Below, piece by piece: positions 36,263 to 42,855 of a DNA stretch of 42,855 nt (the stretch's first letter is position 1; every line of letters begins with the position of its first letter). The translations under genes were made by a program, and so were the position numbers. Below the pieces are notes generated by a model that searched no databases, had not been told where the DNA came from, and was given only the letters and a program-made list of their open reading frames with translations. Source of the DNA: a virus (Duplodnaviria > Caudoviricetes); IMG/VR virus record IMGVR_UViG_3300037461_001664, positions 1 through 42,855 of that record, one strand, 5' to 3'.

Positions 36263-36460
36263 CTAATTAAATCCGAACAGCTGCTTCTGAGCTGTTGCTT
36301 TCTTCCATACTTTATTCTCAGGAATAACTACAATATCCCGGCGGTTCACCCTGGGAAGTATTTCAACGAGCTCAGTGAAGACCATATCAATAGCCTGGTA
36401 TTGTGACTCGGCCGTGACGGAGGAGTAAAACCTGCCTTTGTAATGTGCTTTCCAGGTCAT
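36263..36460 (-). CDS. Hypothetical protein (65 aa)
   Basis: ATGA-coupled in the early operon. Confidence 0.65.
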   Translation of the reverse strand: MTWKAHYKGRFYSSVTAESQYQAIDMVFTELVEILPRVNRRDIVVIPENKVWKKATAQKQLFGFN

Positions 36461-36852
36461 AGTGGTTTCGGGATAATGAAGTACAGCTCGTGTTCACCGG
36501 TGACAACAGGGAAGGGGGATACCAGGAATGTGGGATTCTTTTTATCTTCAGGTACCTCGAGTGACTCCTGGATGATCCTTGCAAGGGCAGTGCTAAAGAA
36601 GGCTACCTCTCCATTCTTATATTCTTTCAATTCCCATCCGGTTGGATCTGGGGTTTTACACAGGTACCAGTCCTTTATATTTTCGTTGCTTTGCCCGGCC
36701 ATGACATAATTCCCTTTGCGCAAAACCATTATCCTGAGCAGTTCCTTACTCAATGAGAATCTTCCATGTTTAAACATGATCCTCAGCGCTGGTTTCTGAA
36801 GATGAAACCCATTTCGGGTTAGTTTTTTCCGATCATAAAATGTTAATTCCAT
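36457..36852 (-). CDS. Hypothetical protein (131 aa)
   Basis: Tiles the early operon. Confidence 0.7.
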   Translation of the reverse strand: MELTFYDRKKLTRNGFHLQKPALRIMFKHGRFSLSKELLRIMVLRKGNYVMAGQSNENIKDWYLCKTPDPTGWELKEYKNGEVAFFSTALARIIQESLEVPEDKKNPTFLVSPFPVVTGEHELYFIIPKPL

Positions 36853-36854
36853 AA

Positions 36855-37157
36855 TTATAAGATTTTAAATTCACGTGTATGATCCCCGGTGACAATGATG
36901 CGTGGCATCTGCGTGGTTATATTCACCAGCACCAGGTGAAATAAACCACGGCTGTCCTTGTTTGCCCTGGTCACCTTGTACCGGTATCCATTCTCAGCGA
37001 TCACCATTCGTTCGCTGATCTTGTCGATTGTGAGTACCATCTTGTTGATATTTGAGGAGTTCTGAAAGCCGTTTAACCTTCTTAACCTGTGACTCGGGTA
37101 GCTCTTCCTCCTGGTCTGCGGAGAAAACCAGCTGTGTTTGTTTTCCCATGTGATCAT
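36855..37157 (-). CDS. Hypothetical basic protein (about 100 aa)
   Basis: ATGA-coupled start at 37157. Confidence 0.55.
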   Translation of the reverse strand: MITWENKHSWFSPQTRRKSYPSHRLRRLNGFQNSSNINKMVLTIDKISERMVIAENGYRYKVTRANKDSRGLFHLVLVNITTQMPRIIVTGDHTREFKIL

Positions 37158-37705
37158 ACTATGTGGTTTTGACAGGCATAACAAGTGACACCAACCTTGG
37201 TGAAGGCACCGATCTTATCTTCAATATGTTTGATATGGGTGCGGACCGTGTGAATTGACAGTACCAGCTTCTTGGCAATGATCTTATCAGGGTAGTCCTG
37301 GGAGATAAGCTTGATGATCTGTATCTCCCTGTTGGTAAGCCTCCCGAAGGGAGCGCGGAGAGGAACGCAAAGGATCCCCTCATAGAAGCATTTGCCATGC
37401 TGGCCACAATCCCAGAATTCAGGATGGGATTCACCGTCTTTCAGATCACCCACTTCGTTGAGATCCGAGTAACGGCACTTGGCATATTGGTATAACTGCT
37501 CCAGGGCATTATCGATCCCCATTTGTTCCAGTGCCTTTAAAGCTATCGGATTCCTGTCAAGCTCATCCCTGAGCAGAGTGGCAGCGTTCACGGTAAGCTC
37601 CATGAACGGGCTTGTGATCCCGTTCTCGATGACCATCAGTTCACCATTTGCCATGAAGAATTCGATGGAGGTATCGACAAGGCCGGCTGGGATGTGGGAG
37701 TTCAT
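37154..37705 (-). CDS. LuxR/GerE-type HTH regulator with a Cys cluster (start 37705 or 37723)
   Basis: LTNREIQII..DKIIAKKLVLSIHTVRTHIKHIEDKIG, preceded by CGQHGKCFYEGILC. Confidence 0.85.
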   Translation of the reverse strand: MNSHIPAGLVDTSIEFFMANGELMVIENGITSPFMELTVNAATLLRDELDRNPIALKALEQMGIDNALEQLYQYAKCRYSDLNEVGDLKDGESHPEFWDCGQHGKCFYEGILCVPLRAPFGRLTNREIQIIKLISQDYPDKIIAKKLVLSIHTVRTHIKHIEDKIGAFTKVGVTCYACQNHIV

Positions 37706-37709
37706 CCGC

Positions 37710-38216
37710 TTAGTGAGTTTCATTTTCTTCCAGCGGCAGCTGAAGTTGGTCGTCCAGGATATCCCGTATCCGTTTCCAGTTGGCCTGCTTCTTATAACGG
37801 AGGGTGGTCCGTGTAATGGCAATGGTGTCTTCGGCCTCCAGACACTCCTTCAGCTCCTTGAACTTCCTTTGGTAATAGCTGGCATCACCCTGGATCCGTT
37901 CAAAGTATTCGTGGATGTGGAGCTGGTACTGGATAAATTTTTCGCGGAGATTTTGATCGACCAGGTTGGACGAAATTCCGGCAAGCCAGATCAAAAAGCC
38001 GTGTTTATGCACCGAAATCATCAAATATTGCTTCCCATCAGCACCAGTTGTCCTGTTTTTTCGGGATAACTGATGTAACACCCTGTCATTCTTGAATCTA
38101 TGAGCTTGGTGTTTGTAGTTGATTCCAAAAAAATCACACAACGGTTTAATGGCAATGTACTCATTGTCATCAAGTTGAACTGTCTTTTTAAAGATCAGTG
38201 ATAGTTCTGAGTTCAT
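37710..38216 (-). CDS. Phage antirepressor N-terminal domain protein (P22 Ant-like, 168 aa)
   Basis: YIAIKPLCDFFGINY..GADGKQYLM..WLAGI..YQ motifs. Confidence 0.85.
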   Translation of the reverse strand: MNSELSLIFKKTVQLDDNEYIAIKPLCDFFGINYKHQAHRFKNDRVLHQLSRKNRTTGADGKQYLMISVHKHGFLIWLAGISSNLVDQNLREKFIQYQLHIHEYFERIQGDASYYQRKFKELKECLEAEDTIAITRTTLRYKKQANWKRIRDILDDQLQLPLEENETH

Positions 38217-38241
38217 ACGTGTTAGGTTTTAATATTTAGGT

Positions 38242-38463
38242 TTAAGCCGACTGAAGTTCTGCGATGCGTTTTTTCATTGATATCTGAGCTTCCTTGTGTT
38301 CTTCTGCAAGTGCAATCGCCTTTTCGATAATTTGCTGATTCTTCCGTAGTCCAAACAGCACCTTCTCAACCAAGGATTTGCTTTTACCCGTTCGTTCAGC
38401 AATGATCTTAGAGGCATTGAGAGGAAGGGATTTTCGTAATATTTCCAGAGATTCCTGATCCAT
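38242..38463 (-). CDS. Cro-like small HTH regulator (73 aa)
   Basis: KIIAERTGKSKSLVEKVLFG HTH; first gene divergent from the repressor. Confidence 0.75.
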   Translation of the reverse strand: MDQESLEILRKSLPLNASKIIAERTGKSKSLVEKVLFGLRKNQQIIEKAIALAEEHKEAQISMKKRIAELQSA

Positions 38464-38478
38464 ACTATTATAATGCTA

Positions 38479-38509
38479 TTTGAATGTGCGTTTAAATGTG
38501 TTATATTTG
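38479..38509 (+). promoter_or_regulatory. Bacteroidota primary-sigma promoter for the repressor
   Basis: TTTG-N19-TATATTTG matches the TTTG/TAnnTTTG consensus. Confidence 0.7.
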
Positions 38510-38525
38510 TGAAAATAAAGTGCGA

Positions 38526-38557
38526 CAAAACTAAACTAAAGTTTATCAAAAAGCAAG
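38526..38557 (-). promoter_or_regulatory. Early lytic promoter with candidate operators
   Basis: CTTG-N20-TAGTTTTG; AAAGTTTATC repeats at 38538-38547 and 38561-38570. Confidence 0.65.
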
Positions 38558-38616
38558 AGAAAAGTTTATCCAAGCTTAACCTTAGGATAATTTATAAAAC
38601 TTCTAAATAATAGTAC

Positions 38617-38997
38617 TTGATATACAATAAGATAAAAAACGAACTAACAAAACGAAAGTACAGTATTAAGGAATTCTTTGAAGGGAAAATAGGAATGACA
38701 GAAACAGGATTTCATAAGATGGTACGAATGAATTCCTTAAAAGTCCGCGACCTTGAGAAGATATCCGAAGAGCTGGGCGTACCAGTGAGCTACTGGTTTG
38801 AGGATCAGCCGGTGGATAATATATCCATGGCAGCGGATCGTTCCTGGGAGTATAATTCACAGGGATATAAGAACCTTCGTGAGGAGCTAATCAGGAGCCA
38901 GGAACACAGGATTCAATTATTAATAAAAGAGAACAGCAGACTTGAGGAGGAGCTGAAGAAGTGCCTGGAGGAAAACAAAAGGTTGGGTGTTGGTTGA
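38617..38997 (+). CDS. Repressor-like XRE/Cro-C1 HTH protein (126 aa)
   Basis: KIGMTETGFHKM..LKVRDLEKISEELGVPVSYWF; C-terminal coiled coil; no S24 peptidase domain. Confidence 0.85.
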   Translation: MIYNKIKNELTKRKYSIKEFFEGKIGMTETGFHKMVRMNSLKVRDLEKISEELGVPVSYWFEDQPVDNISMAADRSWEYNSQGYKNLREELIRSQEHRIQLLIKENSRLEEELKKCLEENKRLGVG

Positions 38998-39073
38998 GGG
39001 TGGTGTGGAATAGAATACAATCTATACGGAGCAGGCTATTTATAATAAAAATAATTTTATAATCATTTATCTT

Positions 39074-40135
39074 ATGGACTTTCAAACAGGCATGAAACTA
39101 TTATCCGACAGGGTAATAAAGCTTAAAGGTAACATTCAAACAGAGGAGGCTACCAAGAATGCATTGGTTATGCCCTTCATACAATTACTCGGATATGATA
39201 TTTTTAATCCAATGGAAGTTATCCCTGAGTTTACTGCTGATGTTGGTATTAAAAAAGGAGAAAAGGTTGATTATGCCATACTGAAAGATAACAATCCCAT
39301 TATCATTATTGAATGTAAGCACTGGGTGGAAGATCTTAATATCCATGATAGTCAGTTGTTCAGATACTTTCATACTACCAAGGCAAGGTTTGGGGTACTA
39401 ACGAATGGAATTAAATATAGGTTTTATACCGATCTGGTTGAACCAAACAAAATGGACACCGAACCATTCCTTGAAATAGATTTTGAGAATCTCAAAGAGT
39501 CGACCATTAATGAACTTATTAAATTCCATAAATCCTCTTTCGATATAGAAAAAATCGTTGATAGTGCCAGTGAGCTGAAGTATTCCACCATGATAAAAAC
39601 AATCCTTGAGAAGGAGCTGAATGAACCATCAGAGGATTTTGTCAAGTTCTTTGCCAGGCAAATCTATTCCGGACGCCTAACGGCGTCCATGATGGATCAA
39701 TTCAAGGAAATTGTTAAGAAAGCAACCAATCAATCATTTAAAGAGATTGTAAATGACAGGCTGAAAGCTGCACTCAAAAAGGAAGAAGAAGTAATTCAGA
39801 AGCCAGCACCTGAAATACAAGAAGAGATAGAAAAGATCATTACTACAGAGGATGAGATCGAAGCTTTTCATATCATCAAATCTATTGTCAGGATTAAAAT
39901 AGATATTAGTAGGATCGTTGGTAAGGATACCCAGTCCTATTTTGGTGTCTTGCTCGATGGCAAACCAGGGAAGCCTATTTGCCGGTTCCATTTTAACGGA
40001 CCTAAAAAATACATCGGACTGCTGGATGAGAATAAAAAGGAAGACAGAATACTGCTTAACAAAATGGATGACATATACCAGTATTCAGAACGAATAATAG
40101 AGACGGCACTTAGATATGATAGTAAAAATCAATAA
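39074..40135 (+). CDS. HsdR N-terminal-like PD-(D/E)xK nuclease protein (353 aa)
   Basis: TEEATKNALVMPFIQLLGYD, EKVDYAI..IIECK, QLFRYF and LTNGIKYRFY motifs. Confidence 0.88.
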   Translation: MDFQTGMKLLSDRVIKLKGNIQTEEATKNALVMPFIQLLGYDIFNPMEVIPEFTADVGIKKGEKVDYAILKDNNPIIIIECKHWVEDLNIHDSQLFRYFHTTKARFGVLTNGIKYRFYTDLVEPNKMDTEPFLEIDFENLKESTINELIKFHKSSFDIEKIVDSASELKYSTMIKTILEKELNEPSEDFVKFFARQIYSGRLTASMMDQFKEIVKKATNQSFKEIVNDRLKAALKKEEEVIQKPAPEIQEEIEKIITTEDEIEAFHIIKSIVRIKIDISRIVGKDTQSYFGVLLDGKPGKPICRFHFNGPKKYIGLLDENKKEDRILLNKMDDIYQYSERIIETALRYDSKNQ

Positions 40136-40137
40136 TC

Positions 40138-40275
40138 ATGGGAAAAGCAAAAACCACACATTACCGACGGGCCGACACCGGTCAGTACACCACCGAAAAA
40201 TATGCAAAAGATCATCCAAGAACGACCGTTAAAGAGACGGATAAGGGTAAACCGAAGCCAACAAAGAAGAAGTAA
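40138..40275 (+). CDS. Small basic protein (45 aa; absent from ORF track)
   Basis: MGKAKTTHYRRADTGQYTTEKYAKDHPRTTVKETDKGKPKPTKKK; 2 nt after the nuclease stop. Confidence 0.7.
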   Translation: MGKAKTTHYRRADTGQYTTEKYAKDHPRTTVKETDKGKPKPTKKK

Positions 40276-40287
40276 CATTCATTCAAT

Positions 40288-40779
40288 ATGAGAGATAAAA
40301 TCTGGTATGAATTGGTAAATACCAAGTTTGGAGAAATTTACCTTTCCAGGTACATAATTCTCCAAAGGAAATTTAAGAAGTATATTCACGTTGTAATACT
40401 TCTAATCTCAGCGATTGGAATCGCCGGATGGAAAATCTGGGAGCCGGTTGCCTGGATCGCATTTGCCGTAATCATCATTATAGAAGTGCTAAATGTTATA
40501 GAAAATCAATGGATCAGATCAAACGAAGACATTGGAAAGCTAATCGCTCTTAGAACCGACTATATAAAATACTTCAATAAAATTGAGAAACTCTGGATAG
40601 ATTATGAGAATAATAAATATTCAGAAGATGATGCATTAAATTTCTTTCATGGGCTTCGTATCAATGACTGGGTCGAAATCGAAAGGCAGGATGATCAATT
40701 AATTATACCGAAGAGTAGAAAATTAATAAAAGAAAGTAATCCTGATACCATTGAATATTTAAAGAGATACCATTCATAA
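40288..40779 (+). CDS. SLATT-like two-TM protein (163 aa)
   Basis: N-terminal helix, two adjacent TM helices, then a long charged helical domain. Confidence 0.6.
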   Translation: MRDKIWYELVNTKFGEIYLSRYIILQRKFKKYIHVVILLISAIGIAGWKIWEPVAWIAFAVIIIIEVLNVIENQWIRSNEDIGKLIALRTDYIKYFNKIEKLWIDYENNKYSEDDALNFFHGLRINDWVEIERQDDQLIIPKSRKLIKESNPDTIEYLKRYHS

Positions 40780-40780
40780 T

Positions 40781-40906
40781 ATGGCAGCTATAAAAAAATC
40801 AACCGGAGCGCCTAAAGTAAAAAAAGGCGCTACTACAATACGGGAAGCCAAGGGCAATGTCCCAAAGATGAAGAATCCGCCGCCACCACCACCTAAGAAG
40901 AAGTAA
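40781..40906 (+). CDS. Lys/Pro-rich peptide (41 aa; absent from ORF track)
   Basis: MAAIKKSTGAPKVKKGATTIREAKGNVPKMKNPPPPPPKKK; starts 1 nt after the upstream stop. Confidence 0.65.
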   Translation: MAAIKKSTGAPKVKKGATTIREAKGNVPKMKNPPPPPPKKK

Positions 40907-41027
40907 TACGCTTAGGAGGCGGGGGAGGATCAGACATTTTAGGAATACCGAAACTGGTACCACAACGGTCACATCTCCGGTCATGAATATCATGTCCCCT
41001 GATGAAGCATATAATTTTATTAATCAT
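40893..41027 (-). CDS. Small Cys/His protein (DUF1660-like) with Pro-rich tail (44 aa)
   Basis: MINKIICFIRGHDIHDRRCDRCGTSFGIPKMSDPPPPPKRITSS; CxxxGH..CxRCG pattern; 26 nt downstream of a late promoter motif. Confidence 0.65.
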   Translation of the reverse strand: MINKIICFIRGHDIHDRRCDRCGTSFGIPKMSDPPPPPKRITSS

Positions 41028-41053
41028 CAATGAGTGGATTAAATAAACAAAGC

Positions 41054-41088
41054 CAAAAGTAGAATTAATAGTTCCATGTAAAAAGGAC
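41054..41088 (-). promoter_or_regulatory. Putative late promoter, antisense to the accessory locus
   Basis: GTCCTTT-N20-TACTTTTG. Confidence 0.7.
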
Positions 41089-41090
41089 TT

Positions 41091-41501
41091 ATGATAGAGA
41101 ATGAATACCAAATCATCGATGATCTGCTTAGATATCTAATCATTGAGAAGCGAAATGTTGCATCCACACTTGAAATAGTCGAATATTTAAATAAAGTAAC
41201 AAATAATAATGAGATTACTTTTTCTATTATAAACCAGGCAGTAAGTCATGATTTAATCAAAGATACAAGGCAAGGATATATATTGACCACTAACGGTTTA
41301 AGGGCGTCTCAAATCGGATTGAAAGAATTTTTAGCAGAGAAAGTTGAACTGAGGTTGTTAGATAAAATAGAAAAGGAATCCAGTATCCGGATGAGTAAAA
41401 AATTTTGGCGCATCAATGTGGCTCAGCTTGTCTGTGTAATACTATCAATATTAATAATAATACTTGGGATCCTAATAGAACAAAAAGTAATACGGTTTTA
41501 A
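41091..41501 (+). CDS. Winged-helix-like protein with C-terminal TM helix (136 aa)
   Basis: DLIKDTRQGYILTTNG wing-like motif; hydrophobic C-terminus. Confidence 0.7.
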   Translation: MIENEYQIIDDLLRYLIIEKRNVASTLEIVEYLNKVTNNNEITFSIINQAVSHDLIKDTRQGYILTTNGLRASQIGLKEFLAEKVELRLLDKIEKESSIRMSKKFWRINVAQLVCVILSILIIILGILIEQKVIRF

Positions 41502-41601
41502 CTTTCATTAATCGCATAATCCTGTTCTGATACTTCGTTTTTAATCTAAGAAACTCCAGATCTGACATAGAGTTATAATCAATTTTCTTGGACATATACA
41601 T
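41413..41601 (-). CDS. Small single-TM protein antisense to 41091-41501 (60-62 aa)
   Basis: Starts 15 nt after a late promoter motif; TM segment VLLFVLLGSQVLLLILIVL. Confidence 0.55.
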   Translation of the reverse strand: MYMSKKIDYNSMSDLEFLRLKTKYQNRIMRLMKVKTVLLFVLLGSQVLLLILIVLHRQAEPH

Positions 41602-41616
41602 TAGATTTTAGGCAAT

Positions 41617-41651
41617 CAAAAATATTAATCTCCCATCTGGCGATAAAGGAC
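41617..41651 (-). promoter_or_regulatory. Putative late promoter, antisense to the accessory locus
   Basis: GTCCTTT-N20-TATTTTTG. Confidence 0.7.
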
Positions 41652-41722
41652 ACAATTAAATAACTTCAAAATTGTAAAAAGTACATTTTGTAAAAAGCAT
41701 GATAACAGCGGATTAACCGATT

Positions 41723-41744
41723 GGTTCGAGTCCCTGCCGGGGAG
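41723..41744 (+). other. attP core: tRNA 3' fragment (possibly tRNA-Asn)
   Basis: GGTTCGAGTCCCTGCCGGGGAG = T-loop, T-stem 3' side, acceptor strand and G73; 117 bp upstream of the integrase. Confidence 0.75.
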
Positions 41745-41861
41745 ACGAATTCTCACTTTCGCCTGATTTAGAAAATGATAGCCATTGAATTTCAGGTAAG
41801 TAAGTAACCGATTTCCCATGATTTCTGGCAGCCGGACTTCAAAATTCCTACAAAATATTTA

Positions 41862-42855
41862 ATGAGTAATATAACAGTCTATCGGAGAGTAAGTTACGTG
41901 CGTAAAGACGGGAAGGCACCAATCTGCCTGATGATGTTTATTGGTGGGAAGAAGCTGGAAATCAATACGAAAGTGCTGGTAGAGGAGTATCATTGGGATG
42001 ATATCAAAAAAATTGTGAAGCCATCACACTCTCATGCCTCTGATTACAATCTGATCATCTCGGATGCCGTGGGAAGATCCAACAGGATCTTTATTAAGTA
42101 CAGGTTGCTTAACCGTACTATTACTCTCACTCAGTTTAAAGCCGAATATAAAAATCCATCTCTGGGAATGGATTTTTATGAGTGGATGTTAAAGGAGATA
42201 CTGGATCGTAAAGGGACAATAGCAAATCATACTATCAATAACCATAAGACAGTCCTTTCTAATCTCATCGAATTTAAAAGCGAACTGACATTCTCTGAGA
42301 TCAATGATGAATTCCTGGATGGCTTTGTGAAGTTCATCCAAAAGAAGCATAACATCAATATAGGAACCCAATATGATAAGATCAAAGTCCTGAAGGCATA
42401 TGTGAATATTGCCCATAAGCGTGGCATGATCGAAAGAAATCCTTTCCTTAACTTCAGGATGAAGAAAGCCAAGAGTAATCCGGTTTGCCTGGATAGCGAT
42501 GAATTGAAGAAATTTATTGAAATGTACCGGAAGGATCCGGATATAACACAGAGCCAGAGAAAGGTTCTCAGACGCTTTCTGTTTGGATGTATGACATCAT
42601 TAAGGTATGGGGATATACTTTCCCTCACTCATGACCAGATCATCTCTGATATCATCGTAAAACATCCCAGCAAGACCAGGAGTATTAACAGGGAGCTGGT
42701 TCAGATCCCTTTATGCAAATCCGCAAAGAAGCTGATAAAGGACGAGAATCCGGTAAGGATCTCCGGACTCGTGTTTAATCCGATCACAGAGCAGACGGTG
42801 AATAAGTATATGAAGGTCCTGGCAAAAAAGAAAAGCATTAAAAAGAACATCACCA
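41862..42855 (+). CDS. int: Tyrosine integrase, N-terminal part (absent from ORF track; ends at 303)
   Basis: Open from ATG 41862: RKDGKAPI arm-binding domain, IERNPF, FLFGCMTSLRYGD. Confidence 0.95.
   Translation, partial: MSNITVYRRVSYVRKDGKAPICLMMFIGGKKLEINTKVLVEEYHWDDIKKIVKPSHSHASDYNLIISDAVGRSNRIFIKYRLLNRTITLTQFKAEYKNPSLGMDFYEWMLKEILDRKGTIANHTINNHKTVLSNLIEFKSELTFSEINDEFLDGFVKFIQKKHNINIGTQYDKIKVLKAYVNIAHKRGMIERNPFLNFRMKKAKSNPVCLDSDELKKFIEMYRKDPDITQSQRKVLRRFLFGCMTSLRYGDILSLTHDQIISDIIVKHPSKTRSINRELVQIPLCKSAKKLIKDENPVRISGLVFNPITEQTVNKYMKVLAKKKSIKKNIT
42729..42855. repeat. Terminal overlap identical to 1-127
   Basis: Exact match. Confidence 0.97.

Larger units (their letters stand above)
1..42855. 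mobile_element. Complete temperate long-tailed phage genome, likely of Bacteroidota
   Basis: Integration, immunity, replication, head, packaging, tail and lysis modules all present; circular; no sheath gene recognised. Confidence 0.93.

Noticed and set aside
1211-38069. Many plus-strand ORFs (e.g. 16509-17408, 34985-36034, 37479-38069)
   Set aside because: Antisense shadows of well-supported minus-strand genes, with no recognisable motifs
40799-40993. 64-aa minus-strand ORF
   Set aside because: Overlaps two better-supported small ORFs in other frames and has no motif
41670-41750. Intact tRNA gene
   Set aside because: Only the 3' 22 nt are tRNA-like; no D arm, anticodon arm or 5' acceptor strand
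32966-42855. Mu-like transposable phage
   Set aside because: No DDE transposase or MuB recognised; a tyrosine integrase and attP are present

Overview
The window is a complete, circular temperate tailed-phage genome of about 42,728 bp. Bases 1-127 repeat 42729-42855, and the integrase ORF runs through that join. A Bacteroidota host is inferred from the TTTG-N19/20-TAnnTTTG promoters, Gln-ending signal peptides and the integrase architecture. The minus strand carries early/replication genes (Cro-like, antirepressor, LuxR-type, 1057-aa primase-ATPase followed by an iteron array) and late genes (S49 protease, major capsid, putative tail tube, a -1 frameshifted ORF pair, terminase, portal, neck, tape measure, lysis cassette, tail tip, two long fibre-like proteins). 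The plus strand carries the repressor, an AT-rich accessory locus, an attP matching a tRNA 3' end, and the integrase. Highlights: (1) a 35-bp minus-strand motif GTCCTT-N21-NAnnTTTG occurs eight times with exact spacing and is probably the late promoter. (2) Two copies point antisense into the accessory locus, each upstream of a small ORF overlapping a candidate defence gene; one of these ORFs repeats the PKMxxPPPPPK motif of the peptide it faces, suggesting a defence/late-antidote system. (3) Both fibre proteins have Sec-type signal peptides, and the capsid, tail tube and one fibre share a ~95-aa C-terminal domain. All family calls are by eye; no searches were run.
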